Positions 40,601 to 50,563 of a DNA stretch of 64,000 bases are shown in pieces. Position numbers and translations under genes: made by a program. The notes under the pieces are model-generated. The model ran no database searches. It was not told the origin of the DNA and saw only the letters and a list, made by a program, of their open reading frames with translations. The DNA lies in the NCBI RefSeq assembly GCF_046119375.1, contig NW_027362769.1:362390001-362454000 (forward strand), written 5' to 3'. Each line of letters begins with the position of its first letter. The first letter of the stretch is position 1. Source of the DNA: Phyllobates terribilis (taxonomy: Eukaryota).

Positions 40601-41293
40601 ATCATCATCACCCTGTGCGTTATCACACCCGTCGTCCTCAGAGCCAACCTGTTCCTGCCCTGACAAAAAACTAAAGTTGTCGCTCCAATCAGGTATTTGA
40701 GTCTTATCATCGTCTTCCTCATTGTCTCCACCAACAGGAGTTACAGTTTGGGAATGAGGGTCTACATTATGGTCAGAACCTTCTGCGTCTGGTCCTGGAT
40801 CCGACTCATAAAGATTCTGGGCATCAGTGCAGATCATTTCCTCGTCTGGATTCACAGAAGCGCTGGAGTCGACCTCTGATTCCCAGGCTATAGTATGAGT
40901 AAACAGCTCTGCAGACTCAACCATCTGTTCTACCTCATACTCAGACGGGCAGCTGGAGATTTGGGAGCTGTGAGGAAGCAAGTGCGATTTGGGTGACACC
41001 TTTGAGGACTGGAGTATTTGTGATGTTGAAGTTGATGTGGAGGAGAGCCCACTTAAAGGAGCACTTGATATCCGTTGAAGCACCTGCTGTTTTTGTGCCT
41101 CATCTGGAATTTGTAGCGATTGGCGTGGCCGTAAGAAAGGGATCTTATCACATTGTCCGCTAAAAGAAGTAGACATTTTAGTTTGGCTGGAAGATGGTCT
41201 TTCTTCTGCACCTACCCCACGGACACAACCTTTTTTCCCCTTCCCAACACGCCTATTCCCCTTTCCACCAGCAGCAGGCCTTTTTCCACTCAT
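37613..41293 (-). CDS. hAT transposase, intact single ORF (1226 aa): BED finger, DDE catalytic core, hATC dimerisation domain
   Basis: BED finger AWAFF...ICNIC...MNRHMDMKH; D1 FTTDTW; D2 VCDNAANL; CMAH; CDVPTRWNS; LDPRYK; E in SVLSERVFS; RTRLSTDNVDRLTFIKMN. Confidence 0.95.
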   Translation of the reverse strand: MSGKRPAAGGKGNRRVGKGKKGCVRGVGAEERPSSSQTKMSTSFSGQCDKIPFLRPRQSLQIPDEAQKQQVLQRISSAPLSGLSSTSTSTSQILQSSKVSPKSHLLPHSSQISSCPSEYEVEQMVESAELFTHTIAWESEVDSSASVNPDEEMICTDAQNLYESDPGPDAEGSDHNVDPHSQTVTPVGGDNEEDDDKTQIPDWSDNFSFLSGQEQVGSEDDGCDNAQGDDDEVGDPTYCQPTVSQEMRSAEEVEEDASDDEVRLRLPGQRRSTGSTSTTASSNTTLPLTTSRGGSSGRMGAKPCIAWAFFQIDKDDPTRVICNICQQKLSRGQKIHSLSTSCMNRHMDMKHKLQWEAQCATMRPSRPGQPPSAISCASAASSSSVTWGTAVTPVLGRRPATSLPATASVIGRSSFSLEVVTPAGLERCPTSIAPPLDQGNLTCPPASSSQTGSLPGTPLSTPSKHNSQPSVPQMWTSKRPFPPSHEKAKRLNFTICKLLATEMLPFRLVDTEDFRDLMSVAVPQYQMPSRHYFSKKGVPALHQHVAHNITASLRNSVCDRVHFTTDTWTSRHGQGRYMSLTGHWVTMVTAGQGAAVQVLPSPRVVRQSSLCQSSSTASASSTSSRSSTCTQSLSGHATSFLTAQKGSCTPPYYAGSRAQRHQAVFTLKCLGNVSHTAEELWSALENQFHEWLSPLDLKPGKAVCDNAANLGAALRQGNVTHVPCMAHVLNLVVQQFLAHYPRLDGLLQRARSLCAHFRRSHPAAQRLTSLQKSLGLPLHRLKCDVPTRWNSTLHMLQRLWQHRQALVQYVLTYSLGQRDSEVGQITLEEWSQIRDLCTLLHSFEMATKMFSADDAIISMTIPVIYMLEHMLNRIRSQVVAQEEVEEVEEEELYAEGLTSARSRRSAAPRRQACEGGGDDFTRAHGSSQTSEEGAGAQEEVEDELMEDSSDEGDLDHISVVRGWGERTEEGSMIVTSPPTQQGLGAPGCATHMSAFLLHYLQHDPRIVRIRNNPDYWVATLLDPRYKSKFAEIIPAIERDARMQEYQQRLLQNLTCAFPQNTSGARSESHSSNLPTVGPSSVQHSNCNRTTVSAGNINFAESFHHFFSPSFARPQKTRSLTHSQRLETMVQEYLQVNIEATTVSLDPCSFWASNLDKWPELATYALEILSCPAASVLSERVFSAAGGVLTDKRTRLSTDNVDRLTFIKMNKSWIRNDFSTPVSSWGE

Positions 41294-41404
41294 TTTGGTG
41301 GTTAACTAATTCACAACTCTGGAGTTGTTTGCACAAAAAAACAATGGATGGTAACCGAGCAGAGCTGAGTGGCCAAACTGTGGTATTAGGCCAAAACTAT
41401 TGGC

Positions 41405-42135
41405 TGGGTTAGATGCAGAAAAAAAATATTTTTAATTTGCAACCTGATGGAGGTCAGTATAGATGGACTAATAGACCAAGTCCCACACACCGCTAGAAGC
41501 CCAAATATTTTTTCAGAGCTAGATGCAGAAATTTTTTTTATTCAATTTGCAACCTGATGGAGGTCAGTATAGATGGACTAATAGACCAAGTCCCACACAC
41601 TGCTAGAAGCCCAAATATTTTTTCAGAGCTAGATGCAGAAAAAAATTATTTTTAATTTGCAACCTGATGGAGGTCAGTATAGATGGACTAATAGACCAAG
41701 TCCCACACACTGCTAGAAGCCCAAATATTTTTTCAGAGCTAGATGCAGAAAAAAATTATTTTTAATTTGCAACCTGATGGAGGTCAGTATAGATGGACTA
41801 ATAGACCAAGTCCCACACACCGCTAGAAGCCCAAATATTTTTTCAGAGCTAGATGCAGAAAAAAATTATATTCAATTTGCAACCTGCTGGAGGTCAGTAT
41901 AGAAGGACTAATAGAACAAGTCCCACACACTGCTAGAAGCCCAAATATTTTTACAGAGCTAAATGAAGAAAAAAATTATTTTTAGTTTGCAACCTGATGG
42001 AGGTCAGTATAGATGGACTAATAGACCAAGTCCCACACACTGCTAGAAGCCCAAATATTTTTTCAGAGCTAGATGCAGAAAAAAATTATATTCAGTTTGC
42101 AACCTGATGGAGGTCAGTATAGATGGACTAATAGA
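41405..42135. repeat. 110-bp tandem array (about 6.6 copies) in the hAT 5' region
   Basis: agatgcagaa recurs at 41411, 41521, 41631, 41741, 41851, (41961) and 42071. Single related copies lie at ~33990-34045 and ~37410-37545. Confidence 0.95.
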
Positions 42136-43052
42136 ATGATGCTATGCCCAAAAGATTTTACTTCACTAGGTGCAGTAAAAAAATTGGTATTCTATACACA
42201 GGTGGTATATCTTGCAACACAGATAGGCTACTCCACTGACTAACACACTCTGCAATAGGCCAAAAAGGATTAGCTTTGCTAGATTCAGCCAAATGCTGTG
42301 AAAAAAACTTGCACAGCACTGGCACAGACCTGCCTGGCAAAAACTGATAGGAACTGATGTAACCTAGTCCTGAAAAGGACTCCAATTACAATTAGTCTTT
42401 ACTCCCACAATCTATCTATTTAAGAGCACAGACCTGCTTGATAAAAGTCGTAGGAAATGCTGTAACCTAGTCCTTAAAAGGACTGCAATCACAACTATTC
42501 CCTACTCCCAAGCTATCTGTATATTTGTGCGAAAATTGGCTTGAAATTAACAAGGTATAGCGCACACAGCAACAGCGGTGCCGTCTAACACGCAGCTGCA
42601 GCAGTGAGAAAATGGTGGCGACGGGGAAAATGGCTTGGTCTTATAGGGCAAGGACATGTGACATACACTGCCAATCACACATGCCCTTGCTTGTGTGAAA
42701 AAAAGCACTTCGCTCCGTGTGTGCGCTGCTGATAGGCTGACAGATTGCACCTCCCCACTGCAAATGCGGGAAAGAGAAAAAAAAATGGAGATCTTCATTG
42801 TTCCTGCAGAGATCCATCCCCTGCCCCTCCCCCCGCCCCGCTGTACACTCAAACTGCGTATTAACATTAATTTTCATCATTACTGAGAAAAAATCCAGTT
42901 ATGATTTTGGTGCACGAACAGTTATCGAACATAACCTCGAACAGCCGAATTTTTCTCAAATTGTTCGTGTTCGCCGACCGGCTCGAACACCGCCCAAAAC
43001 AGCTCGAATTTGAGATTGGCGAACAGTTCGAGTAGAACAACGCTCATCTCTA

Positions 43053-43470
43053 CTGGCTAACTGGGAAGAAGTATAATCTGAAAATCAGAGGAATACCAGA
43101 ATCAGTGACTCCAGATACATATCTCCATATCTCTATATTGTAAACATGATCACTCATCACTCCGGAATAACCAACCCATAAAGTTGTTTTACAAGCGTAC
43201 AAAATTCCCAAGAAAAAAAAATTTTTGAAGGAGGCTCAGAGACAATAATTGTTTCCTTTAATCATTTTCCATAAGGAGTAAACTACTGGCACTAACAGAA
43301 TTCCAAAAAAGAGATACCGGCTCCTATACTTCCATTCTCCTCAAAGACCTCTACAATACACTTTTCCCTGGGGAATCCTTTAAAAGCACTACAAAGGAAA
43401 TTTTCCAAGCAGGAATTAAATACCAATGGCTGCAGTCAGCAACCCTACAGATAAATTACCATAACAAAAT
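43053..43470 (+). pseudogene. L1 ORF1 remnant split by the hAT (its 5' part lies at ~33100-33168)
   Basis: NLKIRGIPESV...GIKYQW. Joining the two flanks reproduces the paralogue at 31240-31760. Confidence 0.8.
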
Positions 43471-43616
43471 GCTCGACACTGCTCGGTACTCGCCCAAGCA
43501 TCACGCTACTCGGGATGTTCGGTGAGCACCGAGCATTTCCGGGTTACTCGGGCGGGAGCTCGGGTCTCCGCCCTGCATGTTTGGCGCTCTTTACAGAGCC
43601 AATGAACATGCAGGTG
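43471..43616 (+). mobile_element. hAT subterminal fragment (TIR deleted)
   Basis: Reverse complement of 16487-16575. Confidence 0.75.
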
Positions 43617-44641
43617 TGTCACCCCAGGCCTGGATGCCACAAATAATAAAGGCTGTGTCTGAGAGCAGGAGGGAGGTTCACGGGGTCAGGGACCATTAGC
43701 ATGCAGCACCTCCTGTCCCAGGCCAGTAGGGTGAGCTGGCTGCCCTATAAAAGCTGGAACTGGGGCAGGGTTAGAGAGACCTGAACCCACTTCTGAAGTG
43801 ACCAGAAGGGTTACTTAGAGGAAGGGACAGGTCAGCAGCAGCTGAGGAGTCCGTGAGGCAGAGGAGGAACTGCAGGCCAGGGACACAGGCGACGAGAGCT
43901 GGTCCTGGCAGAGAACCAATCTACCGGACAATGGGGTCCGAGGCTGTCAGGGTTATAAGCCCAGCAGCAGAGAACCAATCCGCGAGGGATTTCATGTCCT
44001 TTGGCCTAAGAAGCCCGGAGGCTCCGCCACTACAGAAGGGACCAGCAAGGCCAAGAGAGGCCAAAGGTAAAAGGAACCCAAGTTGCAAGCCATACGGGCG
44101 AGAAGTACACGGCCAGCTCAGGGACGTGGGCTATTACACCACGAAAAGGGGGATAGTCAGAAAGTGCATAGAGAGAACGGTAGGCCTACACACTCACCCT
44201 GACCAGTGGGGCTCGCCCAAATGCTCTCAGACACCCAGGTCCATTCCTAACCGGTACCACTGTTGGGTCATTAATAATACCTACAATAAAGACCCTGGAC
44301 TGTTTGAAGCGGACTCTGAACTCTTACTATTGCGGCCTGCACTATCACCCCCACCATCCACCTACACTGCCCTGAGGCTACATTCTTCCCATGGGGAGTT
44401 ATCCTACCCCTGTGCTGCACACCAACACCAGCCTCAGCGGTCTGCCTTGCAGCGGTGGTTATCCCTGACCGCAATCCACGGGTGGCGTAGTCGGACATTC
44501 AAAACACTGATAAATAGACTGCCACAATTTGGTCTGACCACCCTGAGCCACGAGGTCGGGCTGCCACTACTACCCCCATCAGCACCGTACACCAGAAGGC
44601 CCGGTTCCGGGTACCCCACGGCCCAGGGGGCGTGTCAGCTT

Positions 44642-44660
44642 TGGCGTAGTCGGCAGGATT
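44642..44660 (+). promoter_or_regulatory. Primer-binding site complementary to the tRNA-Ser 3' end
   Basis: TGGCGTAGTCGGCAGGATT is the complement of ...AATCCTGCCGACTACGCCA (vertebrate tRNA-Ser 3' end plus CCA); lies 4 nt after the LTR end. Confidence 0.9.
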
Positions 44661-45015
44661 GTGACCAACCCGCCACAAACGGGTATTGCGTGCCTGAAAA
44701 AGACTTTATACTTACCTGAGTGAAGTTTCCCGCCATTCGGGGCCGTTTCCCGCCAATCGGAGCCGTTTCCCGCCATCGGGCGCCATCTTCGGGACGCCGC
44801 GCGGGAAGAAAAGCGGCGTGGACGTCAAAAATGCGCGAGACCTGAAGCCCCGCCCTACGCTGAGACGCTGCGCAAGGTCCTGGAAGGAGATCCAGCAGAC
44901 GCCGACGTCATCACCAAGCGACGCAATGTCCTCGCCCAGAGCATCGCGAGCGGAGCCGCGGCCTACAGAAGAGGATCGCCAGAAGGTAGGCCACGGTTAA
45001 CTAGGGGGGAGGAAG

Positions 45016-46008
45016 ATGTCGCACGCGGAGGGACCCTCCACCACCAGCGTAGCCGCTGCAGCTGTGATGCCGTTTTCCATGCCCTATATCCCTGGAGCGG
45101 CCTGGCTGCCACAGTATGCCGGCGAGTCGCATACCTTGGAGCGACTTTAAAGAAAGGCTGTACAGCCTGTTCAAAGTTTATCCCCTGACAGAAGAACAGA
45201 AAGTAAGCATACTGATAGGGCAGTTAACTGGTGCGGCCCAGCGGGAGGTAAAGTCTTGGACAGCTGAGGAGAAAAGGACGGTAAGGGGGGTTCTGACCCA
45301 TCTACGGGACACCTTTGATACCCGTACCTCAGCAGAAATCAAAATGCGGTTCTATGGATGTAAGCAGCGAGCTCCAGATAGCATCAGAGATTATGCCCTA
45401 AATTTACAGAAACCCTGGGAGCAATCAAGCAAGCAGACCCTGGCAGCGTGCAGGATACAGATAAACTATTGACTGACCAGTTCATAGAAGGTCTGCTGTC
45501 CAGCGCCAACAGAACTCAGCTGCGCCTCATGGCCCTCAAGAACCCCGATTTGACTTTTGCACAATTTAAAGATAGGGCCATCCGGGTGCTCCGAGAACCC
45601 GCACCAGGTGGTGCTGTAGCTTCCCGGCGCCCTGCCATCACTTACCACCAGGAGGCAGCGCCCTATCTTGCAGACCTTGTGGGGGCTGATGTGCATGCCC
45701 TAAACCCATCCCCGCCTGCAAACCTGCACCATCAGGTCCAAGAACTAACAAAGAGTGTTGCTGCATTGACCAGGACCGTACAGTCGTTACAGATGGACCC
45801 GTCAGGACCAATCAAGCTGGCTTCCAGTCCGGAGGATGTCCCGTGCCGTCGACGGAGGAGGATCCCGTCATTCAGAGGGAGGCCCGCCGATCGTTACACT
45901 GAGGATGGACAGCCGATTTGCCGCCGTTGTAGCCAGCCGGGACACGTAGCCAGGTACTGTACTTTAAATGGGTCCGACCTGGGGCAGAGGGCCAACCCCC
46001 AGGCATAA
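45016..46008 (+). pseudogene. Gypsy gag (two frameshifts)
   Basis: MSHAEG...AAWLPQYAG...DFKERL...DQFIEGL...CRRCSQPGHVARYC. Confidence 0.85.
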
Positions 46009-46043
46009 GGTCATCAGGCCCGTCTAATTGGCGTGATAAGTAC

Positions 46044-49000
46044 GTGGGGGGACGCCCAGTTTTACCCGTAGTGCTGGACGGTATCCCCATGAGTGCACTG
46101 CTGGATACCGGGTCACAAGTAACTACCATCCCCTATGTACTTTTTAAGCAGTATTGGAGTGACACTGACATAACCCGCTATCCAGACAATAACTTGAGCA
46201 TCATCGCCAGCAATTGCCAGCCCGTGCCGCAGGTGGGGTTCAGAGAGATGACCATTAAGATTGGTAAAGTTGAACTGCCGGCACAGGGAGTGATCATTCT
46301 GGACATTGACCGTCGAGAAAGTCACCCTTAAATAACCTTGGGTACTAACGTGATTGAAAATTGTCTTTCAGAAGTAATGGTAATTTTGCAGCAGGTGGTG
46401 ATGAATGCTAGCTCCAGCCAACAGAGGGTCCTCCAGAAAGAGATAAGAGCCCTGATGAGACGGCAACAGGTAGAACTGTCTGGTGGTGAGATCGGTAGCG
46501 TGAGGATGAGCGACCCGTTCCCTATTGCCATGCCTCCCAAAAGTGAAATGATGATCTGGTGTCGGACTGCAATCGGGTTAAGAGGGAGAGACTACCAAGC
46601 CATGGTAGAATCCGTGTACTCAGACAGCAGGCCCACCATTTTGACAGCCCGGGGGGTGGTTGATGTCCGCCATGGAAGGGTGCCCGTCCGGAACTTAAAC
46701 ATTGGGGAAAGGGAAGTACACTTGCCCAGGTACGCTACACTAGCCAAATTGTATACTGTTGAACACAATGCTGTCAGGGCCGTGGAACCCTTGCCTCCAT
46801 CTCCCCAGGCGGAGGGTAATGGCTCCCAGAAACCCAAGGGGGACTGGTGCCAGAAACTCCACGTGGGTGCTGACTCCACTCCCTTGCACCAAAAACATGG
46901 AGTCTACCGGGTGGTTCAGGAGTACGAGAGAATCTTTAGTAAGCACCCGCTGGACTTCGGCAGAGTGAAAGGGGTAGAACACCACATCCCCACGGGGAGC
47001 CACCCACCAATAAAAGAGAGGCACAGGCCTGTATCCCCTGCACATTATCAGAACGCAAAGGGCATGCTGAGAGAAATGAAAGAAGCTGGGGTGATTAGAG
47101 ATAGCTGTAGCCCCTGGGCAGCTCCCTTAGTTTTGGTAAAAAAGAAAGACGGTACCATGAGAATGTGCGTGGACTATAGAAAGGTTAATCGTATCACCCA
47201 TAAAGACGCGTACCCGTTACCTAGGATAGAGGAGTCTTTAGCCGCACTAAAATCAGCTAACTTCTTCTCTACTTTGGATCTTACTAGCGGGTACTGGCAG
47301 GTTCCTGTGGCAGAGGCTGACAAGGAGAAGACCGCCTTCACCACCCCGATGGGATTAAGTGAATTCAACTGTATGCCATTCGGGCTCTGCAACGCACCCG
47401 GGACCTTCCAGAGGCTGATGGAATGCTGTCTAGGGCACCGAAACTTTGAGACGGTCCTACTTTACTTAGATGACGTGATTGTATATTCGAAGACCTACGA
47501 GGACCATCTAAAACACCTGGCAGAGGTGTTCGAAGCCCTTGCAGGCTATGGCCTGAAAGTGAAGCCCTCAAAGTGTCACCTGTTAAAACCGAAGGTACAG
47601 TACCTGGGGCATGTGGTGAGTACTGAGGGAGTAGCCCCCGACCTTGACAAAGTTACAGTAATCAAGAGCTGGCCAAGCCCCTCTAACATCAAAGAAGTGA
47701 GGCAATTCCTCGGGTTGGTAGGCTACTACCGAAGGTTCATCCCCAGGTTCACCAAGATGGCAGCCCCTATGCAGGACCTCCTTATAGGACAATCTAAGAC
47801 CAGAAGCCAAAAGCCACCCTTCAAGTGGGACAAGCCGGAAGAGGAGTCCTTCCGCCAGCTGAAGATGGCCCTCACGGGGGATGAGATCCTGGCCTACCCC
47901 GATTATGGCCAGCCTTTTATCCTCCACACAGACGCCAGTAATGTGGGGCTGGGAGGCATATTGTCACAAAACCAACAGGGCAGAGAAAGGGTGATCGCTT
48001 ACGCCAGCCGGAAGCTGAGGCCCACCGAGAGAAGCCCAGAGAATTACAGCTCCTTCAAGCTAGAATTCTTGGCAGTGGTGTGGGCCGTCACAGAATGGTT
48101 TAAACATTACCTGGCCTTCGCAAAGTTCACTGTGTACACGGACAACAACCCGGTGACACACCTGGACAACGCAAGACTTGGTGCCCTAGAACAGCGGTGG
48201 ATGGCCCGGCTATCAAATTATGACTTCACAATCAAATACCGGGCGGGCAGAACCAACGCCAATGCAGACGCCCCATCAAGAATGCCCCACCTACCCGAAG
48301 GAGAAGAGGACTCAGAAGAGCTGGAGGAAGTAGAGCTCCCTGCGTACCACCGGTATGGGGCCACTCAGTATTCTCACCGGGTAAGAGACAAAGACCTAAC
48401 CACCGTCATGTTTAATCTCTTACCCCACCACGGCTGGGCTGAAATGCAAGATAGCGACCCTGTAATTCGCCTGGTGAAAGACCTGTTGACCCAGGCTGAC
48501 GCTAGCCGTGGCCCGGATGCTCCAGAGGAACCAAGCAGTTATGGAAGGAGAGAAGCAGGCTCTTCCTCTACGAAGGTAAGCTGTGGAGGCCTACCATGAC
48601 AGAGCGGGACACTTCGGGTGGAAGAAGCTGGAGTTCCTACTGAAAGAGCAGTTCTTCTGGGTCGGTATGAGAGGGGCCATAGAGAAGTGGTACAGGGACT
48701 GCGGCCCATGTAACCTCAGAACGAAGGACGGTACCAACCAGAAGACACCCTTGAGGCCCATCGTCACAAGGCAGCCTCTTGAGTTGGTAGCTCTGGACCA
48801 TGTGAAATTGGCTCCAAGCCGGTCGGGCTACGTCTATGCCCTGACTATAGTGGACCTCTATTCCCGGTTTCTGGTGGTGGTTCCCGTTAAAGACTTGACA
48901 GTCCAAACAGCGGCCAGAGCCTTCCAACAACACTTCTGCTGTCCACACGGGTATCCGGAACAGGTCTTGACAGATCAAGGTCCAGCGTTAGAGGCGGAAA

Positions 49001-50007
49001 TCTTCCAGGAGTTCTGCAACCTCTACGGCTGTAAGAAGATTCGGAAAACGCCTTACCACCCGCAAACCAACGGGCTGTGTGAGAAAATGAATAATATTGT
49101 CATTGATCTCCTCAAGACGTTGCCCCTGGAGGAACGCAGCCTGTGGCCGGAGAAGCTGCCTGACCTGATAGACTTATTCAACCATATCCCTGTGAATGCT
49201 ACCAACTGCACCCCGGCTTACATGATGCGAGCAAGACCAGGTAAGCTGCCTATGGACCTGGAGATGGGAATCCTGACACCCGAGGACACCTCCCCAGATG
49301 CGGACTGGGATACGGAACCGCGGCTACAGTACAAGAAGGTACAGGAGAGTGTGGAGAGGAGTCTGGCTCAAGCGAGAGAAAAGCAAGAGAGGCTCTCCAA
49401 CCAACACACCCCTGCTGGTCCCCTGGAACCTCGCGAGCAGGTCCTGAAGCCGAAGAGAAAGCTTCACAAGCGAGATGACCAGTGGGAGAGAGACCCATAC
49501 ACAGTACTGCAGTCCGACCACAACAACCCGAAGGTATGTGTAATTACCAAATATGGAGGAGAAACCACTAGCACCGTCTCCAGAGACCACCTAAAACGGT
49601 GCCCCGAGCAACTGCAGAGTCCAAGTGAAGATCAAGATGACCTTGAACCCGCAGCGGACAAGGAAGAAATGGTCAGCACCATTCTCGGAGAGTTCCCCCG
49701 GTCCTGGACTCGGATAAACGATGCCATAGTGGTACCCATCCTACACTTCCTTCAACCTACCCAGCAAGAGCCTACAGGAGAGCAGGAAGAACAAGAGGAA
49801 CAAGCAGCCCCGGAGGCAGAAGAACCCATGCCAGCAGCCCAGGAGAGTCAACCCTGTGCTGACAGTGAGCCTGCCATGCCTGCGGTAAGCCAAAGGACCC
49901 GCAGACAGCTGCCTGCACTGCCAGTAAACCCAGCTAGTAGCTGTACCCTAAATGCTAGTGGGGAAAGCCAGGTTAGACCACCACCAGACAGTGGGTTACG
50001 CAGGTCA
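46044..50007 (+). pseudogene. Gypsy pol (protease, RT, RNase H, integrase) with a stop and a deletion near 48575
   Basis: LLDTGSQV; PWAAPLVLVKKKDG, CVDYRK, DLTSGYWQV, MPFGLCNAP, YLDD; TDAS, YASRKL; YHDRAGH...CGPC, ALDH, TDQG, NGLCE. Confidence 0.93.
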
Positions 50008-50470
50008 AAAAAGTGTGGTATACACCAGTAAATTAAAACTGTGGTTTTGCTGTTCCATGGTAAAAAATCTCTATTATCCTGTTTTTAGCTTTTTTTGCCT
50101 TAAAAAAAAACAGTAGTGTCTCCTGACTGTTCTGACACAAAAATATATCTGTTGAAAATAGTCTGGTGTATGCCTGACAAATCCCAGTGTGGTTTTGCAG
50201 TTCTACGGGTAAAATCTCTGTAGTATCCAGTTTTGGGCCTTTGGTATCTAAAAAAACAGTTTGAGTGTGTCGCTCACTGTTCAGCCGCAAATCTATATTT
50301 TTAAAAAAGTCTGGTACACACCAGTAAACAATAACTGTGGTTTTGCCATTTCATGGTAAAAAATCTCTATTATTCAGGTTTTGGTATTTTTTCCGTAAAG
50401 AAAAACAGTAATAGTTTCTCCAAGATTGTTCAGATTGTTTAAAAGAGTTGGGTGTAGGCCAGAGAAATAG
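50008..50470. repeat. Diverged subterminal-type tandem repeats upstream of the second hAT transposase
   Basis: The motif aaagt.tggta.acaccagtaaa...actgtggttttgc..ttc.atggtaaaaaatctctatt recurs at ~50010, ~50160 and ~50305. Confidence 0.7.
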
Positions 50471-50563
50471 AACTGTGGTTTTCCTCTTCCACGGTTCAAA
50501 TCTACTTTTTATTACCCTTTTTCCATTGATAGTGCGAGTGTAAGCTATTTTACTTCCTTTACA

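Larger units (their letters stand above)
33169..43052 (-). mobile_element. Complete hAT (Ac-like) DNA transposon, 9884 bp, with nested cargo
   Basis: Perfect 8-bp TSD CTGGCTAA at 33161-33168 and 43053-43060. Termini TAGTGTTGAGC and (reverse complement) TAGAGATGAGCG. TTCG/CGAA-rich subterminal repeats at both ends. Confidence 0.97.
43617..50007 (+). mobile_element. Gypsy/Ty3 LTR retrotransposon, defective, 3' LTR missing
   Basis: 5' LTR at 43617-44637 (TG...CA), PBS, gag with a CCHC knuckle, and PR-RT-RH-INT domain order. Ends abruptly in hAT subterminal repeats. Confidence 0.95.

Noticed and set aside
44642-44660. tRNA-Ser gene
   Set aside because: Only the 19-nt complement of the 3' end including CCA is present, next to an LTR; this is a PBS.
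43853-44719. 288-aa ORF in the LTR (likewise ORFs within the solo LTRs at 34299-34907 and 51144-51684)
   Set aside because: No domain motifs, and it is not preserved as an ORF between the related LTR copies.
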